Virus record (IMG/VR): IMGVR_UViG_3300017605_000087
Location: 1 to 64,000 of that record
DNA from: a virus
Direction: 5' to 3' (one strand)
Length of the DNA stretch: 64,000 nt
The first letter of the stretch is position 1, and each line of letters starts with the position of its first letter. The notes under the pieces are model-generated. The model ran no database searches. It saw only the letters and a program-made list of their open reading frames with translations, and was not told where the DNA came from. A program made the position numbers and the translations under genes. This document shows, piece after piece, positions 10,025-22,200 of this stretch.

Positions 10025-10907
10025 TAGGAATTAGTGGTAAAATTGGAAGTGGTAAAGATACTATTGGAAAGATCATACGATATTTAGCAGCGCCAGGAGC
10101 AAAAGCAGAAGATCACGATTGGTCAGAAGAATCTTTAAAAGATTTAGATAATGAAGAGGCTTGGAATCCTATGTATTTTAATACTCCTGAAGCATTTCAA
10201 ATTAAGAGATGGGCAGGAAAATTAAAAGAAACATGTAGTCTTTTAACTGGAATACCAGTTAAAGATTTTGAGAAACAAGAAGTAAAAGATCAAAGACTTC
10301 CAGAAATATGGGATATAGTAGAAGAATCTACTACTGGTAAATTATTAAGAATGTATGATGGAGAAGGAGAAGGACTTGATTATGCAAGAGAAATGGGATG
10401 GCAACCTGAATCATTTTTTAGTGGAATGGGAATACCAGAAGGGGAAGTAGGTGTTATTGAAACTACAAAATGGTTTAGAAAAAATCAGCTATAACAGTAA
10501 GAGAATTGCTTCAAAAAGTAGGAACAGAAGCAATGAGAAACAATATTCATCCTAATGTATGGGTAAATGCACTACTTAGTGATTATAAACCTAAAGCATT
10601 ATTTGAAAAATCAAACAATCCAGAAGATTGGAAAAATCCAAATTGGATAATAACTGATACACGTTTTCCTAATGAAGCAGATGCTATTAGAGCAAGAGGA
10701 GGAATAATTATAAGAACTACAAGACAATGGATTAATCCTAAAGATTGGGAAGCTCATACAGGACAAAAAGTGGAAAAAATATTAGAACATATATCAGAAA
10801 CAGCACTTGATAATTATAAATTTGATTATGTTATTAATAATAGTGGAACAATCGAACAATTAATAGCACAAGTAATACCAATATTAACTAAAGAAGGAAT
10901 AATATAA
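10018..10907 (+). CDS. Deoxynucleoside monophosphate kinase split by a -1 frameshift at about 10479-10485
   Basis: First ORF has the P-loop GISGKIGSGKDT and KRWAGKLK. The -1 frame reads KSAITVRELLQKVGTE...VWV...ITDTRFPNE...HISE...INNSG. Confidence 0.85.
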
Positions 10908-11272
10908 TGAAAAAGAACGCCCTGTATATAATCTTAACGATTATTACATCAATATTAGCTATATTAGCTAGTACATTAATGCTTATATTTACTCTTATAG
11001 TAAATGTAATAGAAGCTGTATATTTAGTATTTAAAGAATATTTTGAATCTCTTATATCACAGTTCTTAGGAGTAAAAGAAATGACTATTCTTAAAACTAA
11101 ACATGAAGAAAGTATAAAGACTCTTAAAGCGGTAGATGATTATTGTAGTCAAATGATACATGAATTATCTAAAGAAGATGTAAATAAAGAAACTGTTGAA
11201 CATATACAACAGCAATTAAATAACATGAAATATCAATTAAACGATTTAAAACCAAAAGATGATGGAAAATAG
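10907..11272 (+). CDS. Membrane protein with N-terminal hydrophobic helix and coiled coil
   Basis: LYIILTIITSILAILASTLMLIFTLIV segment. Confidence 0.65.
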   Translation: MKKNALYIILTIITSILAILASTLMLIFTLIVNVIEAVYLVFKEYFESLISQFLGVKEMTILKTKHEESIKTLKAVDDYCSQMIHELSKEDVNKETVEHIQQQLNNMKYQLNDLKPKDDGK

Positions 11273-11756
11273 TGAAGAAAAAGGTATATTATTAAGTAGT
11301 ACAAGATGTATTTATCCAGATGCTAAAGTTACAGCGGTAAATGGTACAGCTTTACTACTAAGACCAGCTATGAAAAAAACAGTTGGAGGTATAGTATTAT
11401 CTGCTGAAACAAAAGCGGAAGTTCAAAAAGACAAAGATGCTAAAACTGGACTAGAAGAACCAAATTGGTTAACAGTATTAGCTATTGATGAGTTCTCAAT
11501 GCCAGGAGTATCACCAGGGGATCAAGTAATCCTTGATGAAGGTGATGTAGCTCCTTGTAAAATAGGAGATTATTATTGTGTACTTGTTGGACTTCATATG
11601 GTAAGACTTGTTAAAAGAAAAACTGATGAAGAAATTGAAAGAGTAATTGGAGATGATAAAGAAGTTAAATCATTTATGGTAGATGCTACTAAACTATTTG
11701 ATTTAGATCAACTATCAGATGTTATGACTAACGTAAACATTAAAGGAGATAAATAA
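11259..11756 (+). CDS. GroES/Cpn10-like co-chaperonin
   Basis: LLLRP...KKTVGGIVL mobile loop, VLAI, VSPGDQVI. Confidence 0.65.
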   Translation: MMENSEEKGILLSSTRCIYPDAKVTAVNGTALLLRPAMKKTVGGIVLSAETKAEVQKDKDAKTGLEEPNWLTVLAIDEFSMPGVSPGDQVILDEGDVAPCKIGDYYCVLVGLHMVRLVKRKTDEEIERVIGDDKEVKSFMVDATKLFDLDQLSDVMTNVNIKGDK

Positions 11757-12151
11757 TGAAAAACTACATTGTAAAATTTACGCTTCCAAGTGAAGGAGAT
11801 AAACCTATAATAGGTACTATCGTAGATACTAATAGATTAGCAAATAAAGAAGGCCCGGATAGTCCAAATATTGTAGGAATTGACTACTACCAAGTAGTTG
11901 ATTTAAAGGGTAAGGTTTATAGTATTAGTCCTGCTGCTGTACAAAAAGTAGTCGGAATACCATCATATAATGACTTATTGAATACATTCCTTCAATTGTT
12001 AATGCAAATAAGAGGACAAATAAGATTTAAAGAAGCCTTAGATACATTTAATAAGAATGAGAAAATTCCATTCAGAATTGAGGTAGATTTTGGCTCAAAG
12101 AAACTACAAGTAGTAAATAAAGAAATAGACCATGAATCAACGGAACAGTGA
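11756..12151 (+). CDS. hypothetical protein
   Basis: TAATG-coupled ORF. Confidence 0.6.
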   Translation: MKNYIVKFTLPSEGDKPIIGTIVDTNRLANKEGPDSPNIVGIDYYQVVDLKGKVYSISPAAVQKVVGIPSYNDLLNTFLQLLMQIRGQIRFKEALDTFNKNEKIPFRIEVDFGSKKLQVVNKEIDHESTEQ

Positions 12152-12782
12152 TAAATTTGGCGCACAAGTAGGTGTAGTCTTAGAAAGATGTATATATCCT
12201 GATAGTCAAGGACAATACCTTTTGAAACATGAAATGGGTAATATGATTCAAGGAATACAAAAGATATTCCCTATAAGTAATGTTGAGAAAGTAGAAGAGT
12301 TTCATAGAGTATTTAATCATGCTATTAATTATAAGCCAATTGATTTATCAATTGAAGCTAACAAAGAAATGATGTATAGAAGATTAGGTTATCTAAGAGA
12401 AGAACTTAAAGAAATGGATGATGCTATATGTGAAGGAAATATTATAGCATTAGCAGATGTATTTGCTGATATGGAATATTTTCTACATGGTGGAGTAGTT
12501 GAAGCCGGATTAAAAGAAGTACAAGAAGATGTATTCGCTGAAGTACATAGAAGTAATATGAGTAAAGTATGTGATTCAAGAGAACTTGCTAGTGAAACTA
12601 TGAGAATCTGGAAAATGGATCATATGACACCTTGCCATACAGAAGAACACGAAGGATACTTTATTGTAAAAAGAGATGAAGATAATAAAGTTTTGAAATC
12701 ATGTGTGTACAGTCCACCTAACATTAAGAAAGTAATCGAAGATTATGACAAATGGTTGGAAAATAAACAAAGTAAAGAGTAA
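12132..12782 (+). CDS. MazG-like all-alpha NTP pyrophosphohydrolase (DR2231-like, possible dUTPase)
   Basis: VEEFHRVF, REELKE, ADVFAD, EVHRSNMSK, KVLK..YSPP. Confidence 0.85.
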   Translation: MNQRNSDKFGAQVGVVLERCIYPDSQGQYLLKHEMGNMIQGIQKIFPISNVEKVEEFHRVFNHAINYKPIDLSIEANKEMMYRRLGYLREELKEMDDAICEGNIIALADVFADMEYFLHGGVVEAGLKEVQEDVFAEVHRSNMSKVCDSRELASETMRIWKMDHMTPCHTEEHEGYFIVKRDEDNKVLKSCVYSPPNIKKVIEDYDKWLENKQSKE

Positions 12783-13086
12783 AGAACTGTATAATGTAAT
12801 ACTAAATTTTTGCTATGAATTGTATCCGAGATTAGAAAAGAAAGATGTTAAAGACTTAATACAAGTAGAAGCTCACGATAGAGATGCAAAGATAGCATGT
12901 ATATTTATCACAGCTTGTAGTGAATTAACAAATAGAAGTATAACAACATTAGCACGTATCTATATTCAAGATGAAAAAACAGTAAAAGTTATACATAATA
13001 GATGGAGAAAGTATTATATCGACTTTAAACCATTACAATTAGATGTAGCTCTAGTATGTGAAAAAGTCCGAGAGATAGGATGTTAA
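12745..13086 (+). CDS. hypothetical protein, last gene of the + arm
   Basis: ORF ends just before the terminator hairpin. Confidence 0.55.
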   Translation: MTNGWKINKVKSKELYNVILNFCYELYPRLEKKDVKDLIQVEAHDRDAKIACIFITACSELTNRSITTLARIYIQDEKTVKVIHNRWRKYYIDFKPLQLDVALVCEKVREIGC

Positions 13087-13092
13087 AAAGAT

Positions 13093-13130
13093 AAGCCCCT
13101 TAGATAAATCTGAGGGGCTTTCTTTGTTTA
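13093..13130. terminator. Intrinsic terminator between convergent arms, probably bidirectional
   Basis: AAGCCCCTTAGA-taaa-TCTGAGGGGCTT followed by TCTTTGTTT; A-rich upstream flank. Confidence 0.8.
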
Positions 13131-13205
13131 ACCCAAACCACATCATAATGAAAAAACAAGTCGTTTAGAATATCATGGATTTTTCTTGTGTGTATCTTTG
13201 TACAT

Positions 13206-16200
13206 CTAAAATAATTTATAGTAGTTATTACTTTTCTCTAAGTACAATAATCTCTGATATACTGATAGTCCGGGTAACATTCTACTTCCTATTACTGCTA
13301 CCTTATACTTATCATTATATATTCCATTTTGATAACGTCTTTCATCATCTTCTTGGAATGGAAATTGTAAAGCATACCATCCTAGTTTATAAGCATCAGT
13401 TAAAGTTTTCCATGTTGCAGTAGGTGATTTAGTTAACTTAGCTGTTTCATTAAACCAACCATGAGGACTATATGTATTTAACTCTGTTACTGTTCTATCC
13501 ATTTGATACAATAACGCATTAAACATTTTACTTTCTTTTAGTTCATCATCATCGTCACCTAACTTCCTTAACATTTGAAGCATTATAATAGCACCAAATA
13601 AGTAAGTCATTTCTAATACAGCACGTTTCACATTTGCTTGGTCAGTAGGAGATAATGTTAACCAATATACTTGAGCATTTTTAATGAATTGTCCATAATC
13701 CCTCATTACTGCTAATGCTGCTCTAAATACATTCCATTCTTGATCTTCACTCCAGTTCTTTTTACCTTTATTTTTAAATGGTATAGTGAAAAACTGAATA
13801 GCACTTACATAACTACCTTTGTCCATTTCATTTCTTCTTTCATTCCAGAAACTCTTTCCAAATCTAGTTCCCCATCTCTTATTCCATCCAGGTCTAGCCC
13901 AATGTCTGAATTGCAGAATTAATCTACCTAAAGCTATATTATTTAATATACCTTTATCTTCTCTATTATAGATACCATGTATCTTATGATTAACACCTTT
14001 TACTTTAGTTTTGAAATCAGCTAATGAATCTTCGCTAATTGTAAATCCATCCTTGACTGCAATAAATCCATCATTTAAAGTATAAGCATCTATTAATTTA
14101 GGAAAACCATTAAACTGTTCTTCTAACTTTTTTTCTTCGGCTTTCTTAGCCATTGCTTTCTCTTTTAACTCTCCTATTGGTAAAGTTACATCTATCTCTT
14201 TTATTACACTGGCTTTATAATCACTTAAACTCATTACTTTTCCATTCACAATTCTATGAGAATCCATCATTGCAAACAATGTTACATTTTGCATATAATG
14301 TTCTCCCATGTGTTGCATTAAATAGAAAGCATTTGTTTTCATATAAAACTTATGTAATACATTCTTAGTTGTACTACCTTCTATTGCAGTATCATTATGT
14401 TCATCTAATATTCCGAAGTATTTAATGATAGCATTTTCTAAAGATGTTGCTTTATTAGTATTACTATATGTATCGGCAACATAACTAACAACACCTTTAT
14501 TCCAATGCTTCTTACCTACTAAATAATTCTTCATATTAAAGTGTTGTCCAGCAGCAGCTTCAATAGCTGTTTGTATTCTACCATAAACAACGTTATTTAA
14601 TGCACTAAATGGGTTCAATCCAATACCTTTTAATGAGGTATAATTTTGTAATACCCTTGAAGCCTTAGTAATTTGTCCTTCATCTAATTCAAACTCTTCA
14701 TAGAATACCATTTCTAACCACTTATCAAAACGTACATTATAGTTAGAACCTTTAACTAATTGTGCTTCTTGTTTATTAATCTCTATTCCAACAGCATTTC
14801 CTAGTTTCTTTAATACTTTATATGGATCATATACAGATTTACCACGACCTGTCACTTTTTGTACCTGCATGTGTTCAACATAATCTCTCATTAACAATAC
14901 TTCAGCTTCAATACTTTTCTTATATTTATGTTTTGTAGCAGTATTTATAAAGGCCGGAATCACTTCCTGCATATTATAAGATATATTTAAACCATGTTTT
15001 TCTTTACTCTTTAAAGCCTTATTATGTTCTTCAATTAATTTATTAGTCTTTAATAACTTATTATAATCTCTAAAGTTAGTATCATACTTTTTATTAACTT
15101 CATTAACAACTCTAGCTTGATAATCTTTAACCATTTCTCCACTTTCTCTAGGAGGTATTTCATATAGTTTTCTTTCTTTTAAAAGACTTATGAAATTAAT
15201 TGGTACAAATCTTATTTGTTGATTATTTTTATAGAATAGTGCCATTTCATCATTTCTATCTATATCATACATACCCATTTTCTCGGCTATCTTTTTAAAG
15301 ATACCTCTATTGTCTAATGATACAGCAGGAATATATCCATCTTCTATAATTGTTCCTGTAAAATGTGACATTAATTGGTTCATCAACCCTGTATTAATAT
15401 CTGTGAGATAATCATAATACTCTTTTAAGTGCGGAGTATTTTGTATTTTATCATATCTACTATCTTTCCATTTATCTCTAGGTATTGAATGTCCTTTTCT
15501 ATCTACTTCATGTTTTGGATTTTTAAACTCATCCCCTAATACTTTTTCAACAAAAGTATCTCTGGGTTCTACATGTTCCCAATGTAAATTTCCATTTTTT
15601 AATTTGAAACTTCTTTTCTTTGGTAACATTTTAGTCCACATTCTCAAAGGTTTCATTTCACCTTTCCAATTCTCTCTATGATTATCTTTATACCATTTAG
15701 TAGATTGTAAAGTTTCTCCTTCTTTAAGATTATCTATTGCATTTTGTCTTTCTTGATAATAATAATCACTAGGAACATAATCTACTAATCTATCTAATTC
15801 AGCAAATAATTGTTTCTTTCTATCATCTGTAAGATTTTGATTTAATTCTCTAGGTGAATCTTCTAATAAATTAGCAATTTTTTGTCTAACATCATTAGGT
15901 ACTTCATATCCTATTACAATTCCATTATCATCCTTATATGGTTCTAATAGTTCATCTACATATTCTCTTACATGATCTTCGGCTTCTTTATCTCCGAATA
16001 ATTCATCAGCTATTTTACCATATTGTTCCCAAAACTCAGTAGTTGGTTGTGTATTTCTTATTAAGAAATCTCTAAACATTCTAGTACCACTTGCTCTAGC
16101 TTCTTTATAATCATCAAAGAATTGTTGTTTAAATGTAATAGATTTACGTTTAAACTCTCTTAGTTTTTCATTATATTCATTCCATGATTTAGCTATTTCA

Positions 16201-19200
16201 GGGTGTTGTTTTTCATCTTGATAATCTAATTGCTTTTTCTTAATAGCTCTTAGAGCTTTTCTATCATCAATAGAAATATTTCTAAAATCAAAATGACCAG
16301 TAGCCACTTTATATTTTAAATATATTTCTTCTCTCTGTTTAGCTAATTCCTTTCTTACTTTTCTAGCAGCAGGACTTAATAATAGTTGTACCTTGTAGTA
16401 ATCATCTACAAATTCTTGTTCAATATTATCTAATTTCCATTGTTCCCAACTATATCTAGCAGCTTCATATTCTATACTATCTTCTCCAAAATCTTCTCTG
16501 GCTTTAGATATATTATTTAATTGTTCTCTTAATTCATCATAAAATTCTGCTCTATATCTTTGTACCCATTTACCAGTATTCTCTCCTAACTTATTTAATT
16601 CCAATATATCTTCATATCTTCCTCCAGCAGCTAAGAATTTATCATTTGCTCTTTGAAATTGTTCAGTTAATCTATATATTTCCATATCAGCTTTATTCAT
16701 TTCTCTTGAATAAAACTTAGCAAAGTTTGCTACAATGGGATTATCTGCATCCATTAAAGCATCTAATTGTAGTTGAAACTTATTCAAATCTCTACTAGGT
16801 TTAAATGCTTGTCTTATATTCTCTTGTATTTCAGGATTAGATGTTATAGATGCTATACGTCTTTCTAAATGTTCATTGAATAGTTTATCAATACGTTTAT
16901 CTACTGATTCTATACGAGCATATTGTTCTTTTAATGTTTTAACTAAATCATTTATTTTAACTCCTTCATAATCTAATAAATCAGTTTCTCTTTCTTCAAT
17001 TAGAGTTAAATCTTTAATTTTTAACATTCCTTCTGTAAACAACTTAGCGTTCCACAAAAAGTTAGTTAATGCTTTAGTTTTAGTTGCTACATCTCCTTTT
17101 GTAAAGTCTTCATCTTCAAATTTCTTTAATTTATCTATAATAGATAAATTTGCTTCACTTTCTGATATAGTAAATAAATTACTTATATTATGATCTATAA
17201 TAGTAACTAACGCTTCTCTTAATTGAACATCTTTCCAATCCTCAATATCTTGTGTATTTACATTCAATTTTTCCTGAGTTTGTACGATATTATCATAGAA
17301 TTGTGAACGTGTTCCACTATTCTTATAAGCAGACATATCCTTCATTATATCTACTTTATATTCTTTTATAAAGTTTTGTACATCTTTATAAAAGTCTGAA
17401 CGTTGTTTTTCTTCTCTATTTTCAGGAGTTAATGAATCATAAAATTCTTTAGTTACTACATCTTTATCTGGTGTTTCTCTTGTATATTGATAAGGAAACA
17501 ATTTAGAAATAGATTCATAAACATACACTTGTTTTACTTGTCTATTACCTTCTTCATCATATTGAATATCCTCTGAAATAGTTCTTTTATATATAGTATA
17601 TTCAGAATTTTTGATAGGAGCTTTGTTTCCTACTTTAGTTATTACATCAAATTTGATTTTATTAAATCCAACTTTACCACTCTCCGGACCTAATTTATCA
17701 ATACTTGTAACTTTAACTCCAATATATTTAGCTCCTTTTCCTTCTATTCCATTCCATACATTTATCTCATCTCCTATATTTAGAGTCTTTTTGGTTTTCT
17801 GAGTAACACTATTTCTACTTCCTTGTACAATTTCATTAAATTGATCTTTTAAATCAACTTTTAAATATGTAAGTTTATCGTTGTTTGAAATTTTTATTAT
17901 ATTAGACCTCTGTAAATCCTTACTTTCTTTCTCTAATTGAGCAGCAGTAATAGTTATTTTACCATTAGGCATAGGTTTCCAATTAGGAAATCCTTTTCTA
18001 GTTTTTCCTATATCTTTACCTTTCTTATATGTTTTAGTATAAGCCATAGGTACTATAACAGAATCATCAGAATTAGCACGTTTAAACATTTCTTTAAATG
18101 TTTCATCTAATCCTGCTTCATTATTATTTAAAGTATCAAATTTAGATTTTAAATGATCTCCTATTCCTAATTCTTTTAGTATATTAACTGGAATTATTTT
18201 ACTCCAACTATTATACGTAAAGTTTAATCCACTTTCCCAATAGGCATAAAGTATTAAATCTTTAGCTAAGTCTTTTACAAAAGGGTTACTACTATAATAT
18301 AGATTATTAAATGATTCAATCATATAATTATCTTTATCATTGTTAATCCAATTCAACTTCAAATAATCTTCATTAGTAGAAGATTGTTGAATATAGTTTA
18401 ATACATTAGTTACATCTCCGGGTTTTATTATATCTAAAAGTTGATCTCTAACTAACTCAACTTTATAATATACAGGGAGTCTATTAAAAGTAGCTAAATT
18501 CTCTTCTTTGGTAATATCAATATTTACATTGTTTCCAGCAGCTATTCCTAATATTCTATTCCATTCATCCTGTCCTATATTAAAAAAGTGATGGTCTGAT
18601 AATAGATAACCATTTACATAGTTATTTATTTTCTTTAATAACTTCTCACTATTAATATCTCTACCAGTTTCAGTTAATAACTGTTGTACAACATCTCTAT
18701 ACTGATTAGTTTCAGATATAAATAAACCCTCTAATAAATTAAGTGATTGCCAGTTACCTCTGTAAAAATATTCTTGTACTGGTGGATATTTACTATCAAT
18801 CGCTTCACCAAACATAATAGGATATATTTGTTTGATAGCAGATTCATTATCTATTCTTATTCTACTTCCTTCTTCTAAAGGTGCAAACTCATCTTCATTA
18901 TCTTTGTAATCATTTACTTTTTGAATTACATTAATAAGGTTATGAGTTACTATTAAATCAGGCCCAGCTCCAAGTTTATCAGAACTTGTTGCTTTATTCA
19001 TATCTTCAATGCCTTCGGCAGATTTTTTGTATAATCTAAATGCTTCTAATAATTGAAGTTGTGATTTATAATAAGCAATATCTTTTGTTTTATTATCACT
19101 TTGTCCTGTTTTTCTATCTAATATTTTAGAATGTTGTAATAAACTATCTAATTCATCTTGGTTAAATGATCTAATCTCATTAGGATTATATCCTAAGTAT

Positions 19201-22200
19201 TTCTCAGTATCTTCTCTTTTGATATATATTGAATCTCCACTTTCAATAGATTGGTCAAAAGATTTAACTCCATATATCCATTCTCCAGTTTCAACTTCTT
19301 GCATTTCTTCTCCACCTAATCCATCATCTACTGGTTGCATTTTTTTCTCAGGATAAACATGCTTCTTCTTATTCTTTTTCTCTGGTATTTTTTGTTCTTG
19401 TTTAAGCAGTTTATATAAAGATGTTTGATAATCTCTTTTTATTTCTTCTATTTCTCTACCTTTTCCTTCTCCTATAATACCAACTAAATTAAGATATAAA
19501 TCAGACAAATCTTTTAGAATTGGTTGTCTTATAAATGTAGTTGCATATTTGTATGTTGCACCTAAGTCAACAAAGGTTCTCCATATACCAAATGTATATG
19601 GGTTAACATTCTCAGGTAATGGGTCTTTTACGTTATCTAATATATTAGCAGTAGTTTGTGCTGCATATACAGTTATAGGTTTTCTTTTTGTTTTATCAAA
19701 TATCTCCTCAATATTATTGTAATTATCCTTCTCTTTAGTCCATCCTATTAGAGTATGATTTACAATAGCTTTTGTAACTTTACCTTCTTGTTTTAAAGGA
19801 GTTACATTTTCAGCACCGTATTTTGATACTAAAGCATCATACTGAGATTGATCTACACTATAAGTTATCTTTATTCCTAAATCTTTTCTCAATTCCATTT
19901 TAGTAAATTGAGCAATAGATAGGAAACCATCTCTATTTACAGAATGCCCTTTTAATGTTCTTCCTTCCATTACTCTATTTCTAAAGTAGGCATCACCAAT
20001 ATCTGTAAATAAGTTTAAATCTCCTTCTTTAAAATCTAATAATTCTTGTACATATTTAGATGATGCTGTAATATCATCAAAACTATTAGGATTAACTACC
20101 TCATCATAATGTAGTGGACTTTGTAATATAGAAAAGAATATATCTAATATTTTATTGTTTCTTGCTTCCCTTGTATTTTGATATTCAATAGGTAAAGCTG
20201 CAACTTCTTTTGGTTGTTCTTCTTTTATATATTTATTATAATCATTTAATAAAGATTTTAAAGCACCTACAATATCTAAATCTTGTTCATTAATAAAAGT
20301 TGGTAATGCTTCATCTCCTTCTTTATATCTTGCTTTATTAATTTTACTTAATAATTTTCCGTTTACAGTACCATCTTCATTATATACGTATTTAGATTTT
20401 AATTCAGCTATCTGAGTTAAATTAATTGTCTTATTTGCCTCATATAACTTTTTATCTTTAATATTATTATCAAAGAAATCTTTAAATGTATCAGAGTTAT
20501 AGATTTTATTTCTATTAGCTCTCATATATTTTTCTACTCTAGCAGCTTCATCTGATTTTTCATCAAAGTATTCTACTTTTGTAAACTTACCATCTATAAT
20601 TTCATGTTGATATAACATAGTATAAATACTATCTATATCAAAGTCAGAACCAGATTGTGTAACAAAATCATCAGGCATTACTATTGTAGCACCTAATTCT
20701 TTTGGTAAAAATCCAACAACTTTAAATACAATGGTTGAGTATTTTCCTTCTGTTGGAATACGATAACCAACCATTTTATTTAATCCAGCAGCTTCTAATT
20801 CTTTAATATCAATCAAAGTTCCATCTTCTTTATAAAAATCTTTGCTCCATGCTGGTAATAATACTTCTGCTTCAATTACACTTCCACCACGTAATACTTG
20901 TGATTTAAGTTTTCTAAATACTACTTTACTATCTTTTTGTTCAATTGATTTACCCTTAGTTCCGTATTGTTCCATAAATACATTACTCATTTGAGCAGCA
21001 TGTATTCCAGGAAATTTTTGGTTAATTACATTATTAGTAAATAGACTTGTTAATATTGACATCCATTTACTTTGTAAAGCACCATAATATAAAGGCATTG
21101 TTGGGTCACCTGTTATATCTTGTTTAAGTGCCATTATTGAATTAGCATCTAATCCACGTTTTAATGCTTCTCTTTCGAGTAAAGCTATTACACGATTTAT
21201 ATTTACTTTAGTGTTACCATCTTCAAATGTAACATCTAATTCATCCATTACTTCTTTAGAAGCAGAAACTATGTTAGCACTTACTAATTTAAAATATTCA
21301 TTAGCTACTTGTTCTCCGGTTAATTCTCCATACTTTCCATCTAATTGAATATTATCAAGAATTTTTCTAGCTATTTGTACTCCTAATTTATTTTCAGTAT
21401 CTTCTACGTGATATGGAATTTCTTGTTGTGTTCTTAAATCTGAATAATGATAAACATTAACTGATCTCATTAATTCTCTTTTCTTAGAAGCATCGAGTTT
21501 TACCATACTTCCTTCACTGGAAATATTCACAACATTTCTAGCTCCTACCTTTTCAGCACTTGCAAAGTTAACTTGTCCAATATTGTTTTCCTTCATAAAA
21601 TTAACTAATGCTTCAAGTGATGTTCCTTTAACTAATCTAGGAATTAATACTTGAGCAGAATTTTTAACTTGTACAGGAACTAACATTTGTAATGTATCGT
21701 CAAACTTATATGAATAATAAAATTCTTTTAATGGAGATAATACTTTAGTCATATCTTCTGGAGATACATCTTTTCCTTTTTCAAGAGATTCTATAATTCC
21801 TTTAAACTGATTATATTTACCATTTATTTGTAAACGTTTTTTATACTCAGCTAGAGTTATATAAGATTGTGCATCACCTAAGTTAATGTTATTATATTTT
21901 TCTAATATACTTCCATTAGCTATTGCTTGTTTTAATACTTTTATATTCTCTGATTGCCAATAAGCATCAGCAATAGTTACTCCAGTGAATGACCCATTAT
22001 CAGCATTAGAGTTACCACTTGCTAATAACTGGGTTGCTCTCTTTAATAAATCTTTATCATCTTTATAGAAGGCTTTAATTAATCCAAATAAATTACTCAT
22101 TTCTACTTTAGCTATATAATGATTTATTCCATATTCAGCTAAAGCATGATTAATTTGTCCTACATTAGTATATATATCTTGTATTCCATCAAGATGTTTT

